Source: Trueperaceae bacterium | GTDB taxonomy: Bacteria > Deinococcota > Deinococci > Deinococcales > Trueperaceae | Assembly (NCBI GenBank): GCA_965213705.1 | Contig: OZ243913.1 | Location: 128,001-192,000, forward strand | Direction of reading: 5' to 3' | DNA: 64,000 nucleotides | Part shown: piece by piece, positions 1-10,450 of the stretch | Layout: each line of letters begins with the position of its first letter | Position numbering within the stretch: position 1 is the first letter of the stretch | Notes under the pieces: model-generated | The model's input: the letters and a program-made list of their open reading frames with translations, nothing else | Database searches by the model: none | What the model was told of the DNA's origin: nothing | Made by a program: the position numbers and the translations under genes

Positions 1-329
1 GCGGTCGGTAGGCGAGCTGCGCCAGACCGCTTTTCAGGCGGGTGCTCACGAGCACCCGCCTAGCTTGTTTGGCGGGGTAAAAATAGGTCTCGAGAGCGAG
101 CGCGTTCGGCCTGGTCCAAACACTTCCGCCCGAAACCCCACCTCAGCCTGGGCGACTTACACGGGCTCCGGTAACCCACCCGGCAAACTCGACAGAGGTT
201 TCTCGATATTTTATTAAAACCCATTTCCGTTTCTTTTCGCTCCGTTCGAGTTGAAAAAGGCAACCGAAAAGGGTTAGGAGACGAGCAGGTTTGTCCCGAA
301 GTTGCCGGGGCTGTCAGTTACCGGGTTCG

Positions 330-1316
330 TCAGTTACCGGCAGGGCCGCTCAGTTTACGCCACACGACCGAACCGCCCGACGCGGCCGCCGAGGACGAAA
401 AGACACCCTCGAGCCGTTGAGGCGACACGGCGTTCAGGGTCATCGTGCCGCCTTGAGCGTCAACACCTTCTTCGAACGACACGGCCAAGGTGTCGGCGTC
501 GACGTACGCGCCCGTGAGCGCGATGCGGTTCGCCGCGCTGGGCGCGTAGCTCAGGGTGCGGGCCGCGCCCGGCGCGCTCTCGGCCGTTTTGTTGCCCAAA
601 GCTGAGAAAGTCCCACCCGACGCCGTAACGTCGAGGCGAAACGTCAGCTCGAGCCCTAGATAGGTGGGATAGGCTGTCCGCTCGATGGTGGTCGTCATCT
701 CCCAGATGCCCGCCAGCTCGCTCAGGCGGTCGTCGGTGGCAGTGGCGGGAAACGCTCGAGCCGGTTCGGGTGCCGGCAAACCAGTTCCTGTTGCCGTTGC
801 GGCGTTGCGCAAAACGTCGGACTCGGGCGTGTCGGGCGGGGGGGTGAGTGGCGCGGGGGCGGACAGCACGACGTCAGAGGGCGCCGGTGACGCTGAAGCA
901 GTCGGTGGCACTGAAGCAGTCGGTGGCGCTGTGAACGCTACCTGAGAGGGCGTGTCGGGAACGCTCCCCACCGAATCCGGCGCGTCACCCACCCCTTCAC
1001 CTATCGCTTCACCCACCGCGTCGTCCGCCGTGTCATCCCTTGCGTCGTTCACTGCGTCGTTCGCCCTGGTTTCTACTGCGGTTTCCAGCGGGTCTACCGC
1101 TGCAGAACCCTCCGGTTGCAAACGCGCTCTCAAAGTGGCTATTTCGTTTCTCAACCGGGCGTCCTGGTTGAAACTGCCCAGCGAAAACCCGAAGGCAAGC
1201 GCGCACAGGGTCGCCATGACCCAAAAAAACGTGCGCCCTTCCTCGTCGCGGCGAGCCAAGTAAATGCTGAGCGCGCCGAGAATTCCAAAAGCTGCGGTAA
1301 GAACGAGGGAAAACAT
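330..1316 (-). CDS. Hypothetical membrane-anchored protein (two N-terminal TM helices, acidic Pro/Ala-rich linker, C-terminal globular domain)
   Basis: 328-aa ORF with ATG start; hydrophobic N-terminus, low-complexity PTAS linker, beta-rich C-terminus. Confidence 0.7.
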   Translation of the reverse strand: MFSLVLTAAFGILGALSIYLARRDEEGRTFFWVMATLCALAFGFSLGSFNQDARLRNEIATLRARLQPEGSAAVDPLETAVETRANDAVNDARDDTADDAVGEAIGEGVGDAPDSVGSVPDTPSQVAFTAPPTASVPPTASASPAPSDVVLSAPAPLTPPPDTPESDVLRNAATATGTGLPAPEPARAFPATATDDRLSELAGIWEMTTTIERTAYPTYLGLELTFRLDVTASGGTFSALGNKTAESAPGAARTLSYAPSAANRIALTGAYVDADTLAVSFEEGVDAQGGTMTLNAVSPQRLEGVFSSSAAASGGSVVWRKLSGPAGN

Positions 1317-1648
1317 GAGAACGTTGAGTAGCCTCTTTCGCTAAGTCCAGTTGGAGAGCGGTTACCGGACGTGTGGTTGCTCGGTTGATACTTTTGTAAT
1401 TGATACTTTTCCAACGAGTCTAATGTAGCAGGGGCTGTCCGGTGAAACCGTGGGGGCGGGGCAAGTTGGAGACCTGCTGGGTTGCCTGTCTTTGGTAGGG
1501 TTGAGTCAAACGGGGGTTAAGGTAGTTTCACACACTCGGTTCGGCAAGGAGCGTAAGGTGTCGAGCGGTGAATATTTTTTCAGGGCAGGCTTTGGCACCG
1601 GCGCTGGGAAGCGTCACCCGGTCGCCTGCGCGGTGAGGTGACCTGACG

Positions 1649-2623
1649 ATGGCCTTGTTCGACTATCCCCTGGACGTTTTGCAAACCTACCGGCCCGAAC
1701 TCGGTGAACCGGACGACTTTGCGGCTTTTTGGCGAGACACCCTGGCCGAAGCCCGCAGCCACGCGCTGAACGCGACGTTCGACAGGGTTGACGTTCGTTT
1801 GAAAACCTTGGAAAGCTACGACGTCACGTTTTCAGGCTACGGCGGTCAGCCCATCAAAGGCTGGTTGAGCTTGCCCGTCGACCGCCCCGAAAAGCTGCCT
1901 TGTGTGGTCGAATACGTCGGTTACGGGGGCGGGCGCGGTTTTCCGACCGACTGGCTTTTGTTCCCGAGTGCAGGCTACGCGCACCTGGTCATGGACACGC
2001 GCGGTCAGGGCAGCGGTTGGCTCAGGGGCGACACGCCGGACTTGCCCACGGCGGGCTCGAGCCCACACGTGCCGGGTTTCATGACGTTGGGCGTACTGTC
2101 GCCGCAGACCTACTACTACCGCCGCTTGTTTACGGACGCGGTGCGCGCGGTCGAGGCGGCGCGCGCCTTTGCAGGGGTCGACGCCGAGCGCGTCGCCGTG
2201 ACCGGCGGCAGCCAAGGTGGCGGCGTCACGCTCGCGGTCGCCGGACTGGTGCCCGACGTAAGCCTCGCCCTGCCGGACGTGCCTTTTTTGTGTCACTACC
2301 GCCGCGCCACCGAACTCGTCGACACGCATCCCTATTACGAGATAAGTCAGTTTTGCAAAACACACCGCGACAAGGTCGAGACCGTGTTTCACACCCTCAG
2401 CTACTTCGACGGCGTTACTTTCGCCGCGCGGGCGCAAGCCAGGGCCCTCTTTTCGGTCGCGCTCATGGACACGGTTTGCCCCCCCTCGACCGTCTACGCC
2501 GCTTTCAACCACTACGCGGGACCCAAAGCCATAAACGTTTACAGGTATAACCAACACGAAGGCGGCCAAAGCTACCAAGCCGCTGCAAAGCTGGCGTTTT
2601 TGGACGAACATTTCAAGCTTTGA
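1649..2623 (+). CDS. Acetylxylan esterase / cephalosporin-C deacetylase (CE7)
   Basis: GGSQGG nucleophile motif, RGQ motif, CPPST, C-terminal HE; GAGG RBS upstream. Confidence 0.9.
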   Translation: MALFDYPLDVLQTYRPELGEPDDFAAFWRDTLAEARSHALNATFDRVDVRLKTLESYDVTFSGYGGQPIKGWLSLPVDRPEKLPCVVEYVGYGGGRGFPTDWLLFPSAGYAHLVMDTRGQGSGWLRGDTPDLPTAGSSPHVPGFMTLGVLSPQTYYYRRLFTDAVRAVEAARAFAGVDAERVAVTGGSQGGGVTLAVAGLVPDVSLALPDVPFLCHYRRATELVDTHPYYEISQFCKTHRDKVETVFHTLSYFDGVTFAARAQARALFSVALMDTVCPPSTVYAAFNHYAGPKAINVYRYNQHEGGQSYQAAAKLAFLDEHFKL

Positions 2624-3066
2624 ACCTCTGAGCGACTCAGCCGTACGCGCTTGTGCCGAGACCCATCTTCACCTGTACCCCACACTTTTCAAACGTCGGT
2701 AACCCGTCCTCGAGCCGGTACGAAGCGGCAAAAATCTCTCGGTGCCGTTCAACCTTGTCGCCTTTCGGCTTCAGTTTGACCGGCGTTTGAACACCCTCTC
2801 AGCCAACCACTGCGCCCTCGAGCGCCTTGCATGACGAAGCCGACAGGGTGTGCCAAGACCTAAACCTCGTCGTCCGTAACGCGAAAAGTTTTTACCACGC
2901 CCCTAAACACACCTCGCCGTTCCCGCTTGCCAGAACAGACTTTTTGACTCGTGTTCGAAGCCCGCCGGGTTGACCGCCTACCCTTTTCGAACCCACCGGC
3001 GCAGACTCGGCGGCGCTTGCCGTTGTTGTGCGCTTATAATGAGTAAAGATTCAGGAGGCCGTAGCG

Positions 3067-3873
3067 GTGGTATGGGCGCAAGTCGTCGAACCCTCACCCA
3101 AACTTTTCGAAGCGGGGCGGGTACTTCACTGGGCTTTGCAGGTCCCGGCCGCCTTTGCCGCGACTTTTCTGGTTCCCCAAGAAGACGACAGCCACATGAA
3201 TTTTAGGTGGCGCGCCGCACTCGGTGCGCTCAGCAGCGACACTTGCTCGGACGGTTACCGCGTCGGCTTACGTTTTCACGACCTGACCCTGCTGCTTTTC
3301 AAAGACGAGGCGCTGCACAGCAAGTACCCGCTCACCGGCAAAACCCTCGAGCAGGGCTACGCTTGGCTGAGCACCAAACTCGCCACCCCGACCCTGACGC
3401 GACCGGGTTTCCAGTTGCCCCCGCACGTCGTCGCCAGCGGTTCACCTTTTCAAACCAACGAGTTTTACAAAGAAATCGCCAAGTGGTACGCCGACGCCGC
3501 TACGGTCCTGGAAGAGATGCGCGTTCTTTACGAAAGCACGTCGCCGGTGCGCTGCTGGCCCCGTCACTTCGACATGGCGACGCGCCTGGAGCTGGACGCA
3601 CCCGGTGAGACGCGCAGCCTGGGCGTAGGTATGACGCCGGGCGACGCCCAAATTTCGGAACCTTACTGGTACGTGAAGCCCCAGCCTCTACCCGTCACGA
3701 CCGGTTCGCCCCCCCTCGACGACAGCCGTTGGCTTGCAGCGGGCTGGACGGGCGCGGTGCTGAAGGCCTCGGACCTGACCAACCGCTCTGCCGACGCACA
3801 AGCTTTACAGGTTGAAGACTTTTTCAAGTCGACCGTCATGGCGGCGCGCAAACTGCTCGAGCCCCCGGACTGA
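3067..3873 (+). CDS. Hypothetical protein, DUF5996-like
   Basis: GTG start with AGGAGG RBS; WPRHFD and EPYWYV motifs resemble DUF5996 from memory. Confidence 0.55.
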   Translation: MVWAQVVEPSPKLFEAGRVLHWALQVPAAFAATFLVPQEDDSHMNFRWRAALGALSSDTCSDGYRVGLRFHDLTLLLFKDEALHSKYPLTGKTLEQGYAWLSTKLATPTLTRPGFQLPPHVVASGSPFQTNEFYKEIAKWYADAATVLEEMRVLYESTSPVRCWPRHFDMATRLELDAPGETRSLGVGMTPGDAQISEPYWYVKPQPLPVTTGSPPLDDSRWLAAGWTGAVLKASDLTNRSADAQALQVEDFFKSTVMAARKLLEPPD

Positions 3874-4053
3874 AACGCCTCACGGTGCGAAAAGCGTACG
3901 GGCGTTCGGACTGACGAGAACGCGCTCCAACCTCCTGCGACGACCGAATCTCAGGTTTTTGCGTTCAAAACAACGAAGTTTGTACAGGTTTAATTCGAAT
4001 TTTAGTACTACAGCTCGTAAACCTTCACTGAGACAGAAGCGTTTTTGACCTTG

Positions 4054-4092
4054 CCCCCCTCAACAAGGGGGCGACCTTTCGGGCAGGGGGAT
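4054..4092. repeat. REP-like palindrome CCCCCCTCAACAAGGGGG
   Basis: Near-identical to CCCCCTTAACAAGGGGGG at 21867; intergenic between convergent genes. Confidence 0.5.
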
Positions 4093-4251
4093 GGTGGATG
4101 CGGGCGATAACAAAGGTGTCTCAATATTCGCGGAACCGCTGCTTATATAGATGCCGGTACTGTGCCTGTTGGACTCGGCAGACGCTTTTTGGCTCCCTGT
4201 CTTCAGTCCGCAACGGTTCCTTCTCGCTGCTCGGGTTGATTCCGTGCGGAA

Positions 4252-5166
4252 TCAACCCGAGTCGGCCAAGGCGCAGGCCAACCCCGCCGCAACTTCGGCG
4301 TTGTGCTTGACCAAGGCGATGTTCGTCGTCAAACTTTCGCCCCCGGTCAGGGCGGCGACGCGGCTCAGCAAAAAGGGCGTGACCGCTTTGCCCTGCAAGC
4401 CCTGCGCGCCGACCTCGGCGAGGGCGCGCTCGGTCGCCGCCTGAACCGTGTCGAGGGGCATCGCCGCGGCGGCGGGTACCGGGTTGGCGACGAGCACGCC
4501 GCCCGCCAAACCCAGGGCCCACTTGGTGCGGAGCAGGTCGGCCAGTTCGGCGAGGGTATCGACTCGAGCGTCCACCCCGTAACCGCTCTCGCGCGTGTAA
4601 AACGCCGGAAAATGGTCGGTGCGGTAACCGACGACCGGCACGCCGAGGGTTTCCAGCACCTCCAGGGTACGCCCAATGTCCAAAATCGACTTCGCACCGG
4701 CGCAGACCACGGCCACGCCGGTGCGCGCCAACTCTTGCACGTCCGCCGAAACGTCGAGCGAGACCTCGCCGCCCCGGTGAACCCCGCCGACGCCACCCGT
4801 CGCAAAAACCCGAATCCCCGCCAAGTCGGCGCAAATCATCGTCGCGGCGACGGTCGTCGCGCCGGCCTTGCCCTGCGAGAGCAGGTAAGGCAGGTCGCGG
4901 CGGCTCGCCTTGGCTACGTTCGGGTCGGTCGCCAGGCGTTTCAGCCCCGCCTCGTCCAGACCTACACAGATTTTGCCGTCCAGCAGAGCGACGGTCGCGG
5001 GCACCGCGCCCTCGGTGCGGATGATTTCTTCGACCGCGCGCGCGGTCTCGGCGTTCTGCGGGTAAGGCATCCCGTGCGAGATGAGGGTGGACTCGAGGGC
5101 GACGACGGGCGCGCCCTCGGCAAGCGCCGTTTCGACCTCTGCACTGAGACTCAGGTAAGCGTTCAC
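4252..5166 (-). CDS. psuG: Pseudouridine-5'-phosphate glycosidase
   Basis: [51 protein letters not shown] motifs. Confidence 0.95.
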   Translation of the reverse strand: MNAYLSLSAEVETALAEGAPVVALESTLISHGMPYPQNAETARAVEEIIRTEGAVPATVALLDGKICVGLDEAGLKRLATDPNVAKASRRDLPYLLSQGKAGATTVAATMICADLAGIRVFATGGVGGVHRGGEVSLDVSADVQELARTGVAVVCAGAKSILDIGRTLEVLETLGVPVVGYRTDHFPAFYTRESGYGVDARVDTLAELADLLRTKWALGLAGGVLVANPVPAAAAMPLDTVQAATERALAEVGAQGLQGKAVTPFLLSRVAALTGGESLTTNIALVKHNAEVAAGLACALADSG

Positions 5167-5184
5167 CCGGCAAGTGTAACGCGC

Positions 5185-5490
5185 TCAGTAGGCGGGCGGC
5201 GCGTACAGGTTGAGGGTTTTGAGCGCTTCGGGACCCGTGTTGGTCAGTTCGTGCGCCTCCCCCGCCTCGATGAGGAGCAGGGTACCGGGCCGCAGCGCGA
5301 CCTCGCGTCCGGCCACCACGCCCGTGCCCACGCCCGCCAACACGTACAGCCACTGGTCGCTGCGCGCGTGGCGGTTGTCGGGTCCGCCGGTCGACCGGCC
5401 CGGTGCCAACACCATCGTCGCAGCTTGAGAACGGCTCGTTCCGGCGATGACCTTGAAAAGGTCGCTTGGGTCGATGGTTAGAGTCTGCAT
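5185..5490 (-). CDS. Cupin domain protein
   Basis: NRHARSDQWLYV...GEAHEL cupin motifs, ends LYAPPAY. Confidence 0.85.
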   Translation of the reverse strand: MQTLTIDPSDLFKVIAGTSRSQAATMVLAPGRSTGGPDNRHARSDQWLYVLAGVGTGVVAGREVALRPGTLLLIEAGEAHELTNTGPEALKTLNLYAPPAY

Positions 5491-5608
5491 AACCTGTTAT
5501 AAAACCTGGTTCATCCGCTGAAAGCGTTACGCCCCGCAAAGTGAAAGACGACATACTCGGTGGCTTTTGTGGTGGGGTAACCTGTGGCCCAAACGAGAGG
5601 AGTGAAAG

Positions 5609-6517
5609 ATGCGATTTTTTGTGTGCTTGCTGTCCTGTCTGGTACTCGGCGGTGCCTACGCTCAAACCGGGCCGACGGACCGAGGTCTGCAGACGGCCAG
5701 CTACTACCTGGCCCCGGTCGGGGCGAGCGGGGTGAGCGGCAACTTACAGGTGACCGAGCGGGTGGACGGGGGCAGCACCTTTATCGTGACCTTGCAAGGC
5801 ATCGAACCCGGCCGACGGTACGCCCTGACCCTGCTCGAGGGCGACTGCGGCCCCGACCGCGTGCGTGTGCGCGACCTAAAACCCGTCGGCAGTTTGCCCG
5901 ACGACCCTTACGCGAGCCTCACGGAGGCGAATCTTAGCTTTGCCGACCTCGCCGAGGGCGACTATTTTCTGTACGTGTACGCAGGTGCGACGGACGACAC
6001 ACCCGTAGCAGCCTGCGGCGAGGTCGGGGTAGGGGCGAACGCTACGACCTCGAGCTTCTCGGTCATACCGAGTCCGGCTGCGCCCACGCCAGCACCCGCC
6101 ACGCCGGTCACGATTCCAAGTCCAACCTCCGACTCACCCGAGCGCAGTCCCCGCGCGGCCAGCTACGCGCTCAGCCCGGTCGCGGGCAGCGGGGTGAGCG
6201 GCAACTTGCAGGTTTCCGAACAACTCGGCGGCGGCACCCGCCTGACCGTCTCCCTCGTCGGCATCGCCACGGGCGGGAACTATGCGGGTGGGGACTACGC
6301 GGCCGTGCTCTACAAGGGCGACTGCGGCCCTGACCGTGAGGAAGTCGCGCGCCTTGAAAACGTCAACGCCGCCGACGGCAACCCGAATGCAAGCGTCACC
6401 GAAAGTTCCCTGAGCTACGACGCGGTTGCCGGGGCCAACCATTTTTTGTACATATTGGGCGAACCCAGCGACCGCGTTCTCGCCTGCGGGGAAGTGGGGT
6501 CGGGGGCGAACCGCTAA
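5609..6517 (+). CDS. Secreted protein with two tandem Cu/Zn-SOD-like fold domains lacking His ligands
   Basis: Signal peptide (AYA|Q); two repeats with SGVSG...GDCG...ACGEVG separated by a Pro/Thr linker. Confidence 0.65.
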   Translation: MRFFVCLLSCLVLGGAYAQTGPTDRGLQTASYYLAPVGASGVSGNLQVTERVDGGSTFIVTLQGIEPGRRYALTLLEGDCGPDRVRVRDLKPVGSLPDDPYASLTEANLSFADLAEGDYFLYVYAGATDDTPVAACGEVGVGANATTSSFSVIPSPAAPTPAPATPVTIPSPTSDSPERSPRAASYALSPVAGSGVSGNLQVSEQLGGGTRLTVSLVGIATGGNYAGGDYAAVLYKGDCGPDREEVARLENVNAADGNPNASVTESSLSYDAVAGANHFLYILGEPSDRVLACGEVGSGANR

Positions 6518-6525
6518 ACCTCGAG

Positions 6526-7404
6526 TCAAGAAGTTAGGAACTCGAGCAGCACTTTTAGGGTGCGCTCCGGCTGTTCTTCGACCAAGAAGTGACCTGCGTC
6601 GGGAACAGCCTCGCCGCGCACGTCCGCGGCATAGTCGCGCCACACCGAGAGCACGTCGTAGCCTTGGTGGACGACGCCGTTTTCGCCCCACAGCGCCAAT
6701 ACCGGACAAGTGATTTTGTGGCCCCGGTCGGCGCGGTCGTGCGCGAGGTCCACCGTCGCCGCCGCCCGGTAGTCCTCGCAGGTCGCGTGGACGGTCAAAG
6801 GGTCAGCGAAACAACGTTCGTACTCAGCCAGCGCTGCCGCCGAAAAAATGCCCAACCCGCCCCCGCCCCAGCCGCCGAGCTTGCGGTGCAGGTAAAAAAG
6901 CGGGTCCGCACCGATGAGTTTTTCGGGCAAGGGCGCGGGTTGGCTGAGAAAAAACCAGTGGTAGTAAGCCCCAGCCACGACGGCGTCGACGGTTTCGAAC
7001 ACGTGGTAGGTCGGCACGATGTCGAGGACGGCCAGACGCGTGACGGTGTCGGGGGCGTCGAGCGCCAAGCGGTGCGCCGCTCGCGCCCCGCGGTCGTGCC
7101 CGACGACCGCGAACTTTTCGAAACCGAGGGCGGTCATCAGCTCGAGCAGGTCTTTCGCCATCATGCGTTTTGAGTAGGTGAGGTGTGCGGCGTCGCCGGG
7201 CGGCTTGTCGCTGTCGCCGTAGCCGCGCAGGTCGGGGGCGACCAAGGTGAACCCTTCGGCGAACCGCGGCGCGAGCCCGTGCCACATCGCGTGGGTTTGC
7301 GGGTAACCGTGCAGCAACAGCAGCGGTGGGCCGTGGCCGCCCACAACCAGGTTGAGGGTCACACCGTTCGCCTCGACACGCCGACGGGTAAACGTCTCGA
7401 ACAT
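6526..7404 (-). CDS. Alpha/beta hydrolase, fluoroacetate dehalogenase-like
   Basis: LHGYPQT, GHDRG (Asp nucleophile), YYHWFF, CEDYRA, GHF; start reassigned to ATG 7404 just after the upstream gene stop. Confidence 0.88.
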   Translation of the reverse strand: MFETFTRRRVEANGVTLNLVVGGHGPPLLLLHGYPQTHAMWHGLAPRFAEGFTLVAPDLRGYGDSDKPPGDAAHLTYSKRMMAKDLLELMTALGFEKFAVVGHDRGARAAHRLALDAPDTVTRLAVLDIVPTYHVFETVDAVVAGAYYHWFFLSQPAPLPEKLIGADPLFYLHRKLGGWGGGGLGIFSAAALAEYERCFADPLTVHATCEDYRAAATVDLAHDRADRGHKITCPVLALWGENGVVHQGYDVLSVWRDYAADVRGEAVPDAGHFLVEEQPERTLKVLLEFLTS

Positions 7405-7406
7405 CG

Positions 7407-7955
7407 CTAAAACCGCCTGCCGCGTCTGCGGGACCGTTGCCGCCGTGTGCCGTGGTCGGGCCGAACCCCGTCGGCCAGTAAGTGCAGCCACTGCGACAGG
7501 TAGTAGCCCAGCAGCGCCGCCAAGCCGAACTGCGGCCAGGTGTCGAGCAGCCGGGTGCGAACGCTGACCTCGTAGCCGAACAGCGGCGCGGCGGCCGTGA
7601 CGAGCCAGCTCAGGGCCAGCGCCACCACCACCATGTAAACGAGCCGGGTCAGCGGCCCCACCAGCCAGGTGTGCGACAGCCCGCGGTGGCTGAACAGCGA
7701 GCCGTAGGGTATCCACAGCAAACCCAGCAAGCCCCAGTTGCTTTTCGAACGCACGCTGTTTTCGGCTAAGTCGAGGTCGGGCGTAACCAAAAACGTGCCG
7801 ATAAAGTAACTCAGGCTGAATAGCGACAAGGTCGGGCGGGTGAGCAGGGGTTCTAAGCCGCCCAGCGAACCCTGGGCGCGGGCGTAGGCGTAGCCCGCCG
7901 CCAAACCTCCAAAAAAGGTGAGGTTGACGGCCTCGTGGGTTCGTCCGCTTGGCAC
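7407..7955 (-). CDS. DUF2227-family putative metal-binding membrane protein
   Basis: MPSGRTH start, PDLD, HRGLSH, HLLAD motifs. Confidence 0.85.
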   Translation of the reverse strand: MPSGRTHEAVNLTFFGGLAAGYAYARAQGSLGGLEPLLTRPTLSLFSLSYFIGTFLVTPDLDLAENSVRSKSNWGLLGLLWIPYGSLFSHRGLSHTWLVGPLTRLVYMVVVALALSWLVTAAAPLFGYEVSVRTRLLDTWPQFGLAALLGYYLSQWLHLLADGVRPDHGTRRQRSRRRGRRF

Positions 7956-7994
7956 AGCTTTAGTTTACAGCCTCAGTTTAACCTGTAGGGGCGC

Positions 7995-8513
7995 TCAGCC
8001 CCGGGTCGGGTTGCTGACGTTGCTCATCGCCGAAACGTCGTCGTTGTTTGACGTGCTCAGCACCGAAAAGCTGCCGTCGGTCTCCAGAACGACCGCCGCG
8101 ACCGCGTCCATGCTGAGGTGCCCACTCTCACGTACCCCGGCCTGCACCTCCTCTTCGGTGACCCGCTGGCGGCGCATGACCTCACGCAGATAGCGGCCCT
8201 GATGGTAAAGAAGCGTGGGACTCGCTTTGATAAAGTGTTGAAAACGCTCCGACCGCACCGAAAAATAAGTGATGAGATACTGGCAGACGATAAGCACCGC
8301 AAAAGCCGCGACACCCTCGAGCAGGCTCACGTTTTTGTTCAAAATGACACTCGCCAAGGTCGAACCGAACGCGACGGTGATGATAAAGTCGAAAGCGTTC
8401 ATCTTGGAGAGCGTCCGCTTGCCCGACACCCGCAGCAGCGCGACGAGCGCTATGTAAGCAAGAGGCCCGACGACGACCACACGGAAGATGCTCTCCCAAC
8501 CGTTAAAAAACAT
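7995..8513 (-). CDS. DUF421 (YetF-like) membrane protein
   Basis: GKRTLSKMNAFDF and VLETDGSFSV motifs; ATG at 8513. Confidence 0.88.
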   Translation of the reverse strand: MFFNGWESIFRVVVVGPLAYIALVALLRVSGKRTLSKMNAFDFIITVAFGSTLASVILNKNVSLLEGVAAFAVLIVCQYLITYFSVRSERFQHFIKASPTLLYHQGRYLREVMRRQRVTEEEVQAGVRESGHLSMDAVAAVVLETDGSFSVLSTSNNDDVSAMSNVSNPTRG

Positions 8514-8581
8514 GTTTCCCCCAAAAGTGTTTCCCCAAAGCGCTGTCAGCGGTATTCGCACGTGAGGCTGCTTGCCATATT

Positions 8582-8618
8582 AAAAAAGGGCAGCGCGTCA
8601 CTATAACGCGCTGCCCTT
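8582..8618 (-). terminator. Intrinsic terminator after the fasciclin gene
   Basis: Stem AAGGGCAGCGCGT/ACGCGCTGCCCTT followed by a U-tract on the minus strand. Confidence 0.85.
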
Positions 8619-8641
8619 GCTACGAGTTAGCGTTTTCGACG

Positions 8642-10450
8642 CTACTGGTTCATCATACTTTCGGGTACCAGCACGCTGTCGATGACGTGGACCACACCGT
8701 CAGAAGCTTCTAGGTCGGCCTCGGTGACTGTAGCTTGACCGTTGTTGACAGAGACGGAACCGTCAGTTTCGACAGCCAGAGTGATGTCGCTGCCCTCGAG
8801 GGTCGCAGCCTGACCGCCACGAACTTCACCGGCGTTTGCACTCGTGTTGCCCGGCTCAGTGCCGACCAAGTCGGCTGCCATCACTTTGCCGGAAACGACG
8901 TGGTAGAGAAGCAAGTTACTGAGCATGTCGGTGTCGCCGAGAATGGTCTCGCGCTCCGCGTCCGGCAGGGCGGCAAAAGCGTCGTCGGTCGGGGCGAACA
9001 AGGTAAAGGGAGCTTGCTGTTGCAAACTGTCCAACAGCCCTGCGTCGGTGATGGCGGTTAACAACGTACCGAAACGGCCGTCGTTGGTCAGCAGTTCGAC
9101 GACGGTGCCGTCGAACATTTGAGCGCCACCGGTCTCGCCCATCATCGCGCCACCCGTTTCAGCGCCCCCGGTTTCAGCCCCAACAACGGCAGCGGTCGCA
9201 CCCGTCACCGCAGCACCCGCCGCGCCCAAGCCCAACAAATCGGGGTTGGCGTCGTACTCTTCCTGAGAAATGTCACCGCTGGCGTCCGCGTCAAGGCTGT
9301 CAAACACGGTGTTGTTATCGAACGCACCACGAGCTTCTTCTTCGCTCAGGTCGCCGCTGGCGTCGGCATCGTAATCGGTGAACGCGCCGCCGAACAAGCC
9401 GGGGTCGGTGTCGTACTCGGCTTGGTCGATGACGCCGTCGGCGTTGGCGTCGTACCTGCTGTAAAGACCCGCGTTGTACTCATCTCGAGTAAGCAGGCCG
9501 TCAGCGTCGGCGTCATAACCACCAAAAGCGCCGGTGTTCGTCGTGGCCGCGTCTGTTGTGACCGCACCGGGGACTGCCGTGCCCGCCGCCCCGAGACCCA
9601 GCAGGTCGCGGTTGGCGTCGTACTCTTCTTGGGAAATGTCACCACTGGCGTCGGCGTCGAGGCTGTCGAACACGCCCGCGTTGTCAAACGCGCCGCGGTA
9701 CTCGTCCTGGTTCAGGTCGCCGCTGGCGTCGGCGTCGTAGTCAGCGAACGCGCCGCCGAACAGGCCGGGGTTGGTGTCGTATTCAGTTTGGTCGATGATG
9801 CCGTCTTGGTTGGCGTCGTAGCGCGTGTAGATGCCGGCGTCGAGTTCGTCTCGGGTAAGAACGCCGTCACCGTTTACATCCAAGTCGACGAAGTTCGCGC
9901 CCGTGGCGGTCGTCACGTCGTCGGTCGCCGCCTCGACGTCACTGAGACCGAGTTGGCCCAGGAGCGCGTCGGACAAAACGAGGTCGCCCACCTGGTTCAA
10001 AACACCATTGGCATAAGTGTTCTCGACGTCGGTCGAAACGAGGTCGGCACCGTTAACTTTCAAACCACCAGCTTCCAAATCAACCTCGAGTGGTTCACCG
10101 TTGAGCGTCACGATGGAGCCTTCCGGGGCGTTGCGCAGGTCCAAGATGCCGTAAGCACCCTCTACAACGTGGGACTGCAGCACGGCCGCGAGCAGCTCGG
10201 GGTTGTCGTTAAGCTGGGCCAGAACATCCGGGTTGAGTTCTTCGAACACGTTGTTGTCGGGCGCGAAGAGGGTGAAAGGGCCGGCTCCCGAAAGCGCCTC
10301 TGTCAAACCGGCCTGGTCGATAAGGCCGACGAGCGTCGAAAACTCTTCGTTGGCGGCTAAGCCCTCCAGGAGGGTGGCGTCTAGGTTGTCTTGTTGGGCA
10401 AAAGATAGCCCAACAAGCAACGCAACAATCAAGGTGGTTAGTTTACGCAC
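8642..10450 (-). CDS. Secreted protein: fasciclin - 8 EF-hand-like loops - fasciclin
   Basis: Signal peptide MRKLTTLIVALLVGLSFA|Q from GTG 10450 with GGAG RBS; FTLFAP..H..G fasciclin motifs at both ends; DxDxxGxLxxxE loops in the middle. Confidence 0.85.
   Translation of the reverse strand: MRKLTTLIVALLVGLSFAQQDNLDATLLEGLAANEEFSTLVGLIDQAGLTEALSGAGPFTLFAPDNNVFEELNPDVLAQLNDNPELLAAVLQSHVVEGAYGILDLRNAPEGSIVTLNGEPLEVDLEAGGLKVNGADLVSTDVENTYANGVLNQVGDLVLSDALLGQLGLSDVEAATDDVTTATGANFVDLDVNGDGVLTRDELDAGIYTRYDANQDGIIDQTEYDTNPGLFGGAFADYDADASGDLNQDEYRGAFDNAGVFDSLDADASGDISQEEYDANRDLLGLGAAGTAVPGAVTTDAATTNTGAFGGYDADADGLLTRDEYNAGLYSRYDANADGVIDQAEYDTDPGLFGGAFTDYDADASGDLSEEEARGAFDNNTVFDSLDADASGDISQEEYDANPDLLGLGAAGAAVTGATAAVVGAETGGAETGGAMMGETGGAQMFDGTVVELLTNDGRFGTLLTAITDAGLLDSLQQQAPFTLFAPTDDAFAALPDAERETILGDTDMLSNLLLYHVVSGKVMAADLVGTEPGNTSANAGEVRGGQAATLEGSDITLAVETDGSVSVNNGQATVTEADLEASDGVVHVIDSVLVPESMMNQ
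9220..9895 (-). repeat. Intragenic tandem duplication (366-bp period) of a four-EF-hand module
   Basis: GTACTCTTC...GAAATGTCACC block at about 9254 and 9620; near-identical ~104-aa repeats. Confidence 0.85.

Noticed and set aside
1..61. Hairpin AGGCGGGTGCTC/GAGCACCCGCCT and a possible minus-strand gene start at the window edge
   Set aside because: No adjacent U-tract and too little sequence to support a call
2624..3050. Possible gene or pseudogene in the 430-bp spacer
   Set aside because: No recognisable motif in any frame I read
4121..5665. Long alternative-frame ORFs (also 9119..10360, 10203..11444, 42991..44379, 49435..50697 and similar)
   Set aside because: Arg/Gly-rich shadow ORFs of high-GC genes that overlap well-supported CDSs
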